From Gemmatimonadales bacterium (GTDB taxonomy: Bacteria > Gemmatimonadota > Gemmatimonadetes > Gemmatimonadales > GWC2-71-9), in the NCBI GenBank assembly GCA_037189525.1, contig JBBCJC010000001.1:544001-608000 (forward strand): a stretch of DNA of 64,000 nucleotides, in the 5' to 3' direction. The notes below the pieces were generated by a model. It was not told where the DNA came from, did not search any database, and saw only the letters and a list, made by a program, of their open reading frames with translations. A program made the position numbers and the translations under genes. Each line of letters begins with the position of its first letter. The stretch's first letter is position 1. Below are positions 1 through 9,945 of the stretch, piece after piece.

Positions 1-513
1 GTGCGCCTTGGCCGTGGCCGTCAGGAGCTCCCGATTCGCAATCGGCGTGTCGGCCCACAGCACTTCGAGCCGATTGGCCACGTCGTCACCCTGGAAACGC
101 GCGACCTGCAGCGGGTTGTAGATCCCGGGGAATGATTCCGGCGACCCTCCGGTATCGCAGGTCGACGCGTGGATCGGGCTGACGAGATCGGTCGTCGCCC
201 GCCGATCGACCGTCCAGTAGCTCCCGAGCGCGTTCTGTGCATCGGCGTAGATGTTCCCGTGGATGCCGCTCCCCAGGACGTAGCGGCCGAAGGCGCATTC
301 GAAGTCCGTCACGACGCTCGTCACCATGAGCTGCGCGAGGTTCGGATTGTTCAGATCGTCGGCCACGACTTGCGACGGGATGTCGACATCCAGCAGACTC
401 TCGCAGCCGGTCAGTCCGGCTGCCATCGCGACGATCAGCGCCGCGCGCCCCCAGGGACGCCGACCGGCCGAGCGCCGGCCGTTGTTCTCGACTCGTTCTC
501 GTGAACGCAGCAT
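1..513 (-). CDS. RagB/SusD-family outer-membrane lipoprotein (partial, runs off window)
   Basis: Not in ORF track. Read manually from ATG 513: MLRSRE...AALIVAMAAGLTGCESLLDVDIPS (lipobox LTGC), open to position 1, directly downstream of susC. Confidence 0.85.
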   Translation of the reverse strand, partial: MLRSRERVENNGRRSAGRRPWGRAALIVAMAAGLTGCESLLDVDIPSQVVADDLNNPNLAQLMVTSVVTDFECAFGRYVLGSGIHGNIYADAQNALGSYWTVDRRATTDLVSPIHASTCDTGGSPESFPGIYNPLQVARFQGDDVANRLEVLWADTPIANRELLTATAKAH

Positions 514-521
514 GATGGCCC

Positions 522-3512
522 TCACCAGTTGACGCGGATAGTGGCAGCGAACGACGCAAGCTGCGGCGTCGTCGTCTGCTCGTAATAGTTGTAATTCTGG
601 ATCGCCGTCGAGGCAGCGCTCTCGGGGTCGAGCCCCGTATAGCCCGTCCAGGTATGGAGATTCCGGCCCGCCAGGTTCACGCTGATCCGGTTGGCTCGCA
701 CACTCCGCGCCCAGCCGTCCGGAACGTCGAATGTGACGGAGAGCTCGCGGAGCTTGAGGAAGTCCGCCTTCGAGAAGTACTTCCCGTGCAGGGTGAGCTG
801 GTTGTTCGCGATATCGATCGGGTCGAAGTCCTCCGGCCGCATGTTGATATCGCAGAGCCGGAACACCGCGCAGCGAGCCCAGTTCGTCTCGTCCCGCAAC
901 AGATGACCACCGCGGAAATCGAAGTGGGCAAAGAGCACGATCCGATCCCACAACCGGATGGAATTGCTGACGCCTCCCTCCCATTTCGGCAACAGTCGGC
1001 CGAATGCCACGACCGGCGCCGACGCGCAGGCGACAGGCGCGCCGCCACCCGGGCCGGGATCACACAGAATGTTCTCGGCGAGCCCGGTGGTGGGATTGAA
1101 GTCGGCACTCACCACCTTGCGCTGATAGGCCACGCCGATCTCCTCCCCCTCGGTATGGCGCATCAGACCGGCGCCGATGAAGGTGAGCTCCGGATTGTTC
1201 GGATCGAGATCGATGACCTTGCTCGAATTGACGGCGTAGTTGAAATCGACGTCCCATTTGAGGGCGCGTGATTCGATCGGCGACAGCCGGAGCTGCACTT
1301 CCAACCCGGAGTTCTGCACGTGTCCGGCGTTGAAGAACTGCTGCGTGAAGAAACCCGAGGACGGCGCCGGCAGGCGCGTCAGGATCATGTCCCGGGTGTC
1401 CTTCCGATAGTAGTTGAAGTCGATGCCGACTCGGCCGCCGAGGAGACCCGCTTCGAAACCGATCTCGGTTTCCGTACTCCGCTCCGGACCGAGATCAGGA
1501 TTCCCGACCGAGAGCGGGCTAACCGCCGAGCCGGTGGCCGACGACGTCGGTCGATAAGTCCGGATCGCGGCGAAGGCCGACGGCTGCAGACCGGACTGAC
1601 CGTAGGCCGCCCGCAGTTTGACCGACTCGAGGAACCCGATCTTCCAGAACGGTTCATCGCTGATGACCCAGGAGAGGCTCGCCTTGGGATAGGTTACGAG
1701 ATCGAATGCCGCGCCGAAGGCGCTGTTGTCGTCGGCGCGGATGGCGCCCGTGACGAACAGGCGGTCGTTCAGCGCGAACACCTGCTGGAGGTACGTCCCG
1801 ATCGTGACGTTCTCGAGGTAGTCGTCTCCCCCGAATGTCCGGGCCGCCCCCGATACCGTGGTAATGCCGGGCGCCGGGAATCCCTGCCCTTCGGAGTACT
1901 GTAGCTTGGTGAACCGCCGGTAGTACTGCGCACCGACCGAGGTCGTCGAGGTGATCCGCTGGCCGAGCCCCGTACTGGCGGTCAGGGCGTAGTCGAGCGT
2001 GTTGACCGTCTCGTTGCGGCGGTTGACAATCTTCCGCCCGTCGCGATCGACCGCGGAGCTGAAGAACTGGCGAATACTGTCGGGCTGCAACTCCGAGATG
2101 ACCTGGTTGTCCTCGGCGCTCTGATCCAGACCGAATACGAGGCGATGACGCAGCCACGAGAACGGCCGATGATTGAGGGTCAGACCGGTGATGTAGCGGT
2201 CGACGTCCTGGAACGTCTCGTAGGCGCTGGACCAGAACTCCGGCGGTCCGTTGAGGAAACCACGCGTCGGAGTGTTGCGGGTTGCCGGATTGCCGAAAGC
2301 CGTCGCATACATCAGGGACAAGCCGCGGTCCAGGCTCATGTCGCGCCGGGCATTGGTACCGCCGAAGTTGAGCGAGATATCGATCTTCTGGTTCGGCGCG
2401 ATGGTGATATTGGCTCGGCCGGCTTTCCGGGTGAACGCGTTGCGAACCTCGATGCCCTCCTCCCGGCTGTACCCGGCTGCGGCAAAGTATTGGACGATCC
2501 CGCTGCCCCCGCTGATGGTCGCGTCGTACCCCTGCACGCTGCCGGTCCGGAAGAGCGGCCGACCCGCCGCCCGCTCGTTTGCCAGCAGGTCCTGCTCGAT
2601 GACCGTGGCGCCGTCGCGAAGGAAATTGTGCGGGATTCTGCCTTCGGGATTCATGAACCAGTTGGCGCCGCCGCGCACGATCGTCTCGACGGATGGACCG
2701 GCGTTCGCGCGGCCCCGCTTCGTGATGATCTGGATGACGCCGTTGGATGCCTCGGTGCCGTACAAGGTCGCCGCCGCCGGGCCTTTGATGACCTCGATGC
2801 TCTCGATCTCGTTCGGATTGAGATCGCCCAATCGCGAGATATTGGGCTCGGATGAATTGATCGAAGGACCGGTTGCCACGGCGTTGTTGGCGCGTACGCC
2901 ATCGATGTAGATCAGAGGCTCCGCCGTCAGCGACAGCGACGAGCGACCGCGAATCGCCAGCTGCGGACCGGCGCCGACGACGCCGGTGACACCGACGACG
3001 TTGACGCTGGACGAGCGGCCCCGCAGCAGGTCGGAGACGTTTTTGATCGGAGCCACCTCGGCGAGCGCGGACGCATCGATGCGGTCCACCACGTTGCCGA
3101 CGGCGCGACGCTCGACCGGCACGGCGGTACCGGTCACCACGACTTCGCTCAGGTTCAGCGCCACCCGCTCCATGGTCACCGTGATCGTACCACCGACCCG
3201 CGCCGTTCCGGACCAGCGCCGAAAGCCGATGCGGGTGATGTCGAGGGTGACCTCGGAGCCGGTCAGACCCGTCAGGCGGAAGCGGCCCGCCGCGTCGGTG
3301 CTCACCTCCGTCGCGGTGCCGCGAACGATGACACGCGCCGCTTCGACCGGCGCCGATCGATCGTCCACCACCGTGCCACTGACGACGCCGGCCTGTGCCT
3401 GCACCATGACGACGCCACCACCACGCTCGGCGCGGACCGGCGCTGCGACCAGCGCGAGCGCGAGGCCGCATAGCAGGAGGGACCACATCTCGTCACCTCT
3501 CACTCGCCTCAT
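522..3512 (-). CDS. SusC/RagA-family TonB-dependent outer-membrane receptor
   Basis: N-terminal carboxypeptidase-regulatory-like domain, plug motif IESIEVIKGPAAATLYG..ASNGVIQIITK, NPDLGPE, FLKLREL, C-terminal W. Start set at ATG 3512 after GGAGGT. Confidence 0.93.
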   Translation of the reverse strand: MRRVRGDEMWSLLLCGLALALVAAPVRAERGGGVVMVQAQAGVVSGTVVDDRSAPVEAARVIVRGTATEVSTDAAGRFRLTGLTGSEVTLDITRIGFRRWSGTARVGGTITVTMERVALNLSEVVVTGTAVPVERRAVGNVVDRIDASALAEVAPIKNVSDLLRGRSSSVNVVGVTGVVGAGPQLAIRGRSSLSLTAEPLIYIDGVRANNAVATGPSINSSEPNISRLGDLNPNEIESIEVIKGPAAATLYGTEASNGVIQIITKRGRANAGPSVETIVRGGANWFMNPEGRIPHNFLRDGATVIEQDLLANERAAGRPLFRTGSVQGYDATISGGSGIVQYFAAAGYSREEGIEVRNAFTRKAGRANITIAPNQKIDISLNFGGTNARRDMSLDRGLSLMYATAFGNPATRNTPTRGFLNGPPEFWSSAYETFQDVDRYITGLTLNHRPFSWLRHRLVFGLDQSAEDNQVISELQPDSIRQFFSSAVDRDGRKIVNRRNETVNTLDYALTASTGLGQRITSTTSVGAQYYRRFTKLQYSEGQGFPAPGITTVSGAARTFGGDDYLENVTIGTYLQQVFALNDRLFVTGAIRADDNSAFGAAFDLVTYPKASLSWVISDEPFWKIGFLESVKLRAAYGQSGLQPSAFAAIRTYRPTSSATGSAVSPLSVGNPDLGPERSTETEIGFEAGLLGGRVGIDFNYYRKDTRDMILTRLPAPSSGFFTQQFFNAGHVQNSGLEVQLRLSPIESRALKWDVDFNYAVNSSKVIDLDPNNPELTFIGAGLMRHTEGEEIGVAYQRKVVSADFNPTTGLAENILCDPGPGGGAPVACASAPVVAFGRLLPKWEGGVSNSIRLWDRIVLFAHFDFRGGHLLRDETNWARCAVFRLCDINMRPEDFDPIDIANNQLTLHGKYFSKADFLKLRELSVTFDVPDGWARSVRANRISVNLAGRNLHTWTGYTGLDPESAASTAIQNYNYYEQTTTPQLASFAATIRVNW

Positions 3513-3789
3513 TACACACCTCCGTAGGTAAGCCATGCGAGAACCACTGCTGTTTGGGATTATGGGCCGTCGTTCAGGACGCGACGGCGCCGAGCCAGGA
3601 CCAGGCACGGCGACACCGGACCTGCGAACCCCGTCCGATCGGACCGGAGCGGGTTCCTGACAGGGCCGATCGTTCCAACGTTTTCGGCGCTGCGATGTAT
3701 CTCAACAATTTCGGGTCGCGTTCCTACTAGTCACCCGGCCGCTCGGTTTTTTTGCGGGGGTTTCAGGCTGTCCGGAACAAACGGTGACG

Positions 3790-4695
3790 TCAGGGGGAAT
3801 CGGAGTCGCCCGAGAGGGGCAGGTCGAGTATCACCCGAAGGGCCCGCGCCGCCGCACTCGGCCGCCGGTGCGGCAGCGCCAGATGCGCAAATGTCCGGCG
3901 GATATCGAGTTGTTCGACCTCGACCAGCGCCAGCGTGCCCAACGCCAGCTGATCGGCCACCGTCGCCTTGGAAACGAACGCCAATCCCAACCCGGCCGCG
4001 ACGGCCGATTTGATCACCTCGGTGCCGCCAAGCTCCAGCGTTCGGGATGGCGTGAAGCCCGACCGTAACAGCACAGTCGCCACCACCGCCGCGGTACCCG
4101 AGCCCGGCTCGCGCACCAGCAGCGTCTCACCGGCAAGCTCCGCCCATGGCACCGTCCGCCCGGCAAGCGGATGCCCCGCCGGCGCAATCAGGACCAGCCG
4201 ATCCTCGCGCCACGGCTCGACCACGATGCGCGAATCCGCAACAGGCCCTTCGACCAGCGCGATATCGAGCTCGTATCCGAGCAGGCGGCGAACGATGTCC
4301 TCCGTGTTGGCGTTGATCAGACGCAGCTCGATCCCCGGGTAACGGCGCGTGTACGCACCGACCAGCGGCGGCAGGAGATAGGTGCCGATCGTCGTACTGG
4401 CGCCGATGGTGAGCGACCCTCCGGTCAGGCCGCGCACGGCCCCCAGTTCCTCTTCCGCTTTCTTGACCGACGCAAAGATGCTCCGGGCATGCTCGGCGAG
4501 GAGCGCGCCCGCTGCCGTCAGTTGGACGCCGTGCGCGCCCCGCTCGAAAAGATCGACGCCCAGCGCGCGCTCGAGGCTCCGCACGGCTTTGCTGATTGCC
4601 GGCTGGCTCACGTGCGCCAGGACGGCCCCGCGCGTGAAGGTTCCCGCACGGGCCACTGCCTCGAAAAGGCGCAGCGCATTGAGATTGACAGGCAT
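3790..4695 (-). CDS. LysR-family regulator (CysL/YeiE-like)
   Basis: HTH motif SQPAISKAVRSLE, GASTTIG, REPGSGT; divergent from a YeiH-family gene. Confidence 0.92.
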   Translation of the reverse strand: MPVNLNALRLFEAVARAGTFTRGAVLAHVSQPAISKAVRSLERALGVDLFERGAHGVQLTAAGALLAEHARSIFASVKKAEEELGAVRGLTGGSLTIGASTTIGTYLLPPLVGAYTRRYPGIELRLINANTEDIVRRLLGYELDIALVEGPVADSRIVVEPWREDRLVLIAPAGHPLAGRTVPWAELAGETLLVREPGSGTAAVVATVLLRSGFTPSRTLELGGTEVIKSAVAAGLGLAFVSKATVADQLALGTLALVEVEQLDIRRTFAHLALPHRRPSAAARALRVILDLPLSGDSDSP

Positions 4696-4708
4696 AACCG
4701 CCGGTTAT
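4694..4708. promoter_or_regulatory. LysR-type operator palindrome ATAACC-GCC-GGTTAT
   Basis: Perfect palindrome fitting T-N11-A, overlapping the lysR start codon; a TATACT -10-like hexamer lies upstream of yeiH. Confidence 0.65.
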
Positions 4709-4783
4709 CGGCCACCGGTACGGATCGGTATTGGCCGAATCTCCTGAAGGGCCTCTATACTGAATGCCTGTCGAGAGGGCATC

Positions 4784-5743
4784 ATGTCACACCGGGCATC
4801 CGAGCGCGCCACGAGGCCGAGCGTTCTCATCGCCAGCCTCTATCTGGCGGGCGCGCTGGCGAGCCTGTGGTGGCGAGCCCCCGCATTGGCGCTGTTGCTC
4901 GGCAGCGGGCTCGCGCTCGCCCTGGGCAATCCGTTGGCGGCCACGAGCGAACGCGCCAGCCGGTGGCTGATCCAGGCGAGTATCGTCGGACTCGGCTTCG
5001 GCATGCCGCTCGGCGCGGTGGCGTCGGCTGGCTGGGCAGGAATCGGCGTCACGATCCTCGCGATCGGGGTCTGCTTCGCCATCGGTCCGTGGCTGGGCCG
5101 CCGGCTCCGGATCGATCGCGACACCTCCATCCTCATCACGGCCGGCACCGCCATCTGTGGCGGCAGCGCCATTGCCGCGATGAGCGTGGCGATCGGAGCG
5201 TCGGCGCGCGCAACCGCGGCCGCGCTCGCCATCCTCTTTGCCCTGAACGCCGTCGCCCTCGGCCTCTTTCCCTCCCTGGGCCAGGCACTCCAACTCACCG
5301 ATCACCAGTTCGCCACCTGGGCAGCCATCGCGATTCACGACACCAGCTCCGTCGTCGGGGCGGCGGCGAGCTACGGTCCCGCGGCACTACTCGAGGCAAC
5401 GATCCTCAAGCTGGCACGCGCGCTCTGGATCGTGCCACTCACCCTCATCGCGGGTTTCGTGGCCCACCGAAAGACTGGTGCGGAGCGAAAGATCACCATC
5501 CCGTGGTTCATCGGTTGCTTCGTACTGGCCAGCCTGCTCCGCTCGATCCTTGGACCAGCGGCGCCGGCCCTCACGGACGGCATCGTCTTCGTTGCCCGGC
5601 TCGCCATGGTGGCGGCCCTCTTCCTGATCGGCACCACACTCGAGCCAGCTACACTCCGAGCCGTGGGACTCCGGCCCGTCGTCTTGGCGCTCGTGCTCTG
5701 GGTGCTCGTCTCGAGCCAGACCCTGTTCCTCGTGCTCCGCTGA
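4784..5743 (+). CDS. yeiH: YeiH-family putative sulfate/sulfite exporter
   Basis: Multi-TM protein with GTAICGGSAIAA, AIHDTSSVV, KLARALW and IPWFI motifs. Confidence 0.88.
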   Translation: MSHRASERATRPSVLIASLYLAGALASLWWRAPALALLLGSGLALALGNPLAATSERASRWLIQASIVGLGFGMPLGAVASAGWAGIGVTILAIGVCFAIGPWLGRRLRIDRDTSILITAGTAICGGSAIAAMSVAIGASARATAAALAILFALNAVALGLFPSLGQALQLTDHQFATWAAIAIHDTSSVVGAAASYGPAALLEATILKLARALWIVPLTLIAGFVAHRKTGAERKITIPWFIGCFVLASLLRSILGPAAPALTDGIVFVARLAMVAALFLIGTTLEPATLRAVGLRPVVLALVLWVLVSSQTLFLVLR

Positions 5744-5747
5744 GCCG

Positions 5748-6803
5748 CTACCGACCCGCCGCCTCGGCGAGCGCCTTGCGGAGCGCCGCCTCGAACGCCT
5801 CGGGCTGACCGAGCCAGCTGCTGTGACCGGCGCCCTGCAACACGGTGATGGCGCCGTCGGCAAGCCGCTCCACGATCCGAGGCCAGATCTCGGGACCGAG
5901 ATCGACATAGTCGCAGGTTCCGTAGATGACGCGGACCGGCCCCTGGAAACGCAGCAGCGCGGGCCAGAGCGCAGCAACGGACCGGTGGTAGGTGCTGTCC
6001 CGCAGGATGTTGTTGGCAACGTTCTGACTGTAAAAGGCCTGCCCCCCTTCCATCTCGCGCCACCGGTCGGCGTTGCAGGTGTTCACCGCAGCAAACTGGA
6101 TCCGCCAGGCTCGGGTCCGATCGCGATCCCGGTGCACCGCCATCAGGTTCAACGACTCCGCCGGTACCCCGCGAAGGGAATCGGGAAGGAGCCCTTCCCG
6201 GTCGGCGATCTGCTGCACCCGCTGGCCGAGTTCGCGAAAGAAGGCCCGATTGCGCTCGGCCAGCGCCGAGGAGTCGGCATCGGGCCAGATCTCTCGCAAG
6301 AGCTCGATATTTGGGCCGCCGCCCGCCCAGAACGGATAGACGGTGCCTAACAGCACCAGCCCCCGCACTCGATCGGGGTACTGGTTCAGATACGCATAGG
6401 CGAGGTTGCCGCCCATGGAATGCGCCACCAGCGTCACCTGCTCGAGCCCCAGCGTCTTTCGCAAATGCTCGAGATCGGCCACGAACCGCTGCAACCGGAT
6501 GGTGGAGTCGGGAGCGGGCGTGCGGAGCGATCCGCGCTGGTCGTAGAAGACGACCCGATACCGATCCTGTACCGTGGAGAGCGGCCGGAGCAGATATGAA
6601 TGCTCCGCCCCCCACCCGCCGTGGATCGCGATGACCGTATCACCCGGACCAGCGGCACGGCCCGCCTCATAGACGTAGTGCCGCACTCCGTCGTCGGTCC
6701 AGAAGTACCACTGCTCGGCAGCATCACCCGCGGCGCCGGCCGGAGTTCGGTCGGATGCACAGGCACCGCACACCATGAGCACGGTAAGACACACGGCGCG
6801 CAT
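5748..6803 (-). CDS. Exported alpha/beta hydrolase (prolyl aminopeptidase-like), possible lipoprotein
   Basis: HGGWG, YDQRGS, AHSMG nucleophile, GAGH. ATG 6803 follows GAGGAG. Confidence 0.82.
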   Translation of the reverse strand: MRAVCLTVLMVCGACASDRTPAGAAGDAAEQWYFWTDDGVRHYVYEAGRAAGPGDTVIAIHGGWGAEHSYLLRPLSTVQDRYRVVFYDQRGSLRTPAPDSTIRLQRFVADLEHLRKTLGLEQVTLVAHSMGGNLAYAYLNQYPDRVRGLVLLGTVYPFWAGGGPNIELLREIWPDADSSALAERNRAFFRELGQRVQQIADREGLLPDSLRGVPAESLNLMAVHRDRDRTRAWRIQFAAVNTCNADRWREMEGGQAFYSQNVANNILRDSTYHRSVAALWPALLRFQGPVRVIYGTCDYVDLGPEIWPRIVERLADGAITVLQGAGHSSWLGQPEAFEAALRKALAEAAGR

Positions 6804-6890
6804 ACGGTATCTCCTCTCGGTTCTCCGGCCGGATCCCATCGCACGAGCGGCGCCCAGGTACGAACGATCCCAACGCCGGCGAAAGATCTG

Positions 6891-6907
6891 ATATGTACGG
6901 ACAATTT
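6891..6907. promoter_or_regulatory. Putative GntR/HutC-family operator
   Basis: ATATGTACGGACAATTT; its reverse complement nearly matches 11203-11219. Confidence 0.6.
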
Positions 6908-7067
6908 CAGGGATCATATCTATCGATTCCACCGGAGACCGTCAAGGGCCGGCGCCACACCCGGCGATCGAGCCGCAGAGATCGATGGTAGAGCGCGTCC
7001 GCGGAATTGTTGACCCTCGGGCCAGCCCCATACGGTCGACGGCCGCGTTGCAATCACGGCATGGAGT

Positions 7068-9026
7068 GTGTTTTCGATGACATTGGCGTCACTTCGTTCG
7101 CGCAGACCGCGGTCTCTCCGCGCAATCCAGAGACTTGCGATATCGGCGTCATGTCTGACGCTGTTCGGCTGGCCCACGCTGGCCAGCGGACAGCGGGGCG
7201 ATGGACCGACGCCGAGACCGCCAGGCGCGCACTCGGTCAGGCTCGAGAAGGGCGTGATGGTTCCGATGCGGGACGGTATCCGCCTGTCGACCGATCTGTA
7301 TCTTCCCGCCGGCGCGGGCGATCGCCTGCCGGTGGTGCTGATCCGCACGCCCTACGACAAGCGCCGCTATCGCCGGCAGGACCCGGACTCCAGTGAAGCG
7401 ATGTTCTTCGCGTCGCACGGTTTCGCGGTGGTGGTCCAGGACACCCGTGGCCGGTTCGAGTCGGAGGGCACGTTCACCATCTCCTACCCCGATGTCGAGG
7501 ACGGGTACGACGCGATCGACTGGGCTGCCAGGCAGCCGTGGTCGAACGGCAAGGTGGGCGGATACGGTTGCTCCTACGTCGGCGACACCCAGGTGATGGC
7601 GGCGAAAGCGCGCCATCCGGCCTACGCGGCCATGATCCCGCAATCGGCGGCGGGCTCGTTTCCGGATCGCGGGTTTCTACATAGCCAGGGTGGCGCCATC
7701 GACCTCTCGATCTCGCTCAGCTGGTTCGCATCGGGCGGGAGCAAGCTCCGCTATCTCCCGCCGCCCGGCACGCCGAGGGAAATGATCGCGCAGCACGGCG
7801 ACTATTTCGCAATCATGCCGACGGTGCCATTCGACATGCGTGAGCAGGTCTGGAACCTCCCGCTCATCGACATCCTGTCACGCGCCGGAGTGCCTCCCAC
7901 CGACTGGGAGAATGTCCTGAAGCACGGCCCGAACGACCCGTGGTGGATCAAACTCGGCTACTTCACCGACCAGGATCAGTTCGACACGCCGGCTCTCCAG
8001 ATCGAGTCCTGGTACGACACCGGCGTGGCCGTCTCCCTCGCCCAGACCAACTTCCTGCGCGAGCGCTCGCTGAGCAGTCGCGGGCGCGACAATCAGTTCA
8101 TCATCGTGTCGCCCACGCTCCACTGCCAATCCGAAGAGGCCACGGCCCGAACGGTGGTCGGCGAGCGGAACATGGGCGATCCGAGACGCGACTACTGGCG
8201 GCTCTATCTCGACTGGTTCGATCACTGGCTCAGGGGCGTCGACAACGGGGTCACGGCGATGCCCAAGGTGCAATACTATCTGATGGGAAAGAACGAATGG
8301 CGCAGCGCCGAGGCGTGGCCCATTCCGGGTACCCGGTTCACGCAGTACTTTCTTCGCAGCGCCGGGCGGGCCAACACCCGCTCCGGCGACGGCCGCCTCT
8401 CGACGGTGCAGCCGGCCGACGAACCGCCGGATTTCTATGTGTATGATCCAGCGTCGCCGGTGCCTTCGCGCGGATTGGCCTGCTGCATGGGCGGCCCGCG
8501 CGGTTCGCTGGACCAGTCGGAGGTGGAATCGCGCCCCGACGTGCTCGTCTATACGACCGAGCCGTTGAGGGAGGGGCTCGAGGTGACCGGGCCGATCGAG
8601 CTGGTGCTGTACGTCGAATCGTCGGCCCGGGACACGGATTTCACGGCGACGCTCGTGGACGTGCTGCCCGACGGTACCGCGTACAATGTGCAGGAGGGGA
8701 TCCTCCGGGCCCGGTATCGCGAGGGGTGGGATCGCACGGTCTGGATGACGCCGGACACGGTCGTCACGGTGCCGGTCAGCCTGGGCGCCACGGGGCACTA
8801 TTTCGGCCCCGGGCATCGGATCAGACTCCAGGTTTCGAGCAGCAACTTCCCGCGTTTCGACCGCAACCTCAACACGGGTGGCAACAACTACGACGAGACG
8901 TCCTGGGTCATCGCTCGAAACGGCGTCCATCATTCGGCGGCGTACCCCTCGCACCTGACGCTCCCGATCGTTCCGAGCGGCATCGGTTCCGAGGCGCCCG
9001 CGGCGCGGCGCGACGGCAGCCGATGA
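7068..9026 (+). CDS. CocE/NonD-family hydrolase (peptidase S15-like), exported
   Basis: MRDGIRLSTDLYLP, RTPY, QDTRGRFESEG, GCSYVG, SSNFPRFDRN; start uncertain. Confidence 0.92.
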   Translation: MFSMTLASLRSRRPRSLRAIQRLAISASCLTLFGWPTLASGQRGDGPTPRPPGAHSVRLEKGVMVPMRDGIRLSTDLYLPAGAGDRLPVVLIRTPYDKRRYRRQDPDSSEAMFFASHGFAVVVQDTRGRFESEGTFTISYPDVEDGYDAIDWAARQPWSNGKVGGYGCSYVGDTQVMAAKARHPAYAAMIPQSAAGSFPDRGFLHSQGGAIDLSISLSWFASGGSKLRYLPPPGTPREMIAQHGDYFAIMPTVPFDMREQVWNLPLIDILSRAGVPPTDWENVLKHGPNDPWWIKLGYFTDQDQFDTPALQIESWYDTGVAVSLAQTNFLRERSLSSRGRDNQFIIVSPTLHCQSEEATARTVVGERNMGDPRRDYWRLYLDWFDHWLRGVDNGVTAMPKVQYYLMGKNEWRSAEAWPIPGTRFTQYFLRSAGRANTRSGDGRLSTVQPADEPPDFYVYDPASPVPSRGLACCMGGPRGSLDQSEVESRPDVLVYTTEPLREGLEVTGPIELVLYVESSARDTDFTATLVDVLPDGTAYNVQEGILRARYREGWDRTVWMTPDTVVTVPVSLGATGHYFGPGHRIRLQVSSSNFPRFDRNLNTGGNNYDETSWVIARNGVHHSAAYPSHLTLPIVPSGIGSEAPAARRDGSR

Positions 9027-9137
9027 CTCGACAGATGCTTACCAAGGAATCATCGCCTGCACCGGACGGTGTTCGATCGTCCGGCCGCTCATCGGACCGA
9101 GCGCGGCTGGCAGCGACAGTAACAGACGGGATCACAC

Positions 9138-9902
9138 ATGGCACGATCTGGCACCACGCGGATGCCGAAAAACGATACCCCGCCCGACGTTCCCCGCTAC
9201 CAGCAGGTCGCGGACGAGTTGATGGCGAGCATCGCCTCGGGCGAATACCCGGTGGGCGGCAACCTGCCCACCGAGCTGGAGCTGTGCCGGCAGTATGGCA
9301 TCAGCCGACACACTGTCCGCGAGGCGCTGCGGCGTCTCCGCGACGATGGTCTGATCTCCCGGCGGCGGCGGGTCGGTACCGAGGTCGTGGCCCGGACACC
9401 GATGGCGAGCTACCGGCAGCCGACCAACTCGATCGGCGACTTTCTCCAGTACGCCGAGGAGTCGCAGCTCGTGGTGCTGCGGACAAAGCGGGTCATCTGC
9501 AACGGAGCACTTGCCGAAGTGCTGGATGGCCGGCCGGGCAGCGCCTGGGTCCGGATCGACAGCCTCCGCACCTTTCCGACCAATCCTCGCCCGATCTGCA
9601 TGACCACCGCCTACGTCTCGGCGGATCTGCCCGGGATCGGCGAGAGTCTCGAAAAGCTGACCGGCCCGCTCCTGGCAATGCTCGAACGCCAGTACGGGGT
9701 GCAAATCGCGCGGATCGAGCAGAGCATCCAGGCCATCCGACTGCGGCGGCCGATAGCCAAGCTGCTGCGCGCCGAGGAAGGTTCGCCGGCGCTCCGCGCG
9801 GTGCGCCGGTACTACGACGCCAAGGGCAGATTGATCGAGCTCTCCACCGCGACGCACCCCGGCGACCGCTTCACCTACGTGACGAGCCTGGTGCGGTCGT
9901 AG
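9138..9902 (+). CDS. GntR-family (HutC/UTRA) transcriptional regulator
   Basis: LPTELELCRQYGISRHTVREAL wHTH plus C-terminal UTRA-like domain. Confidence 0.93.
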   Translation: MARSGTTRMPKNDTPPDVPRYQQVADELMASIASGEYPVGGNLPTELELCRQYGISRHTVREALRRLRDDGLISRRRRVGTEVVARTPMASYRQPTNSIGDFLQYAEESQLVVLRTKRVICNGALAEVLDGRPGSAWVRIDSLRTFPTNPRPICMTTAYVSADLPGIGESLEKLTGPLLAMLERQYGVQIARIEQSIQAIRLRRPIAKLLRAEEGSPALRAVRRYYDAKGRLIELSTATHPGDRFTYVTSLVRS

Positions 9903-9945
9903 CGGCTGTTCCGGAGCGGCGGCGTGCGCAACCGCTGGTGGGCGG

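Noticed and set aside
1654..3486. Long alternative-frame ORFs (also 4171..5808, 12246..14411, 32649..34565)
   Set aside because: Arg/Gly/Pro-rich or antisense shadows of well-supported genes, expected at high GC.
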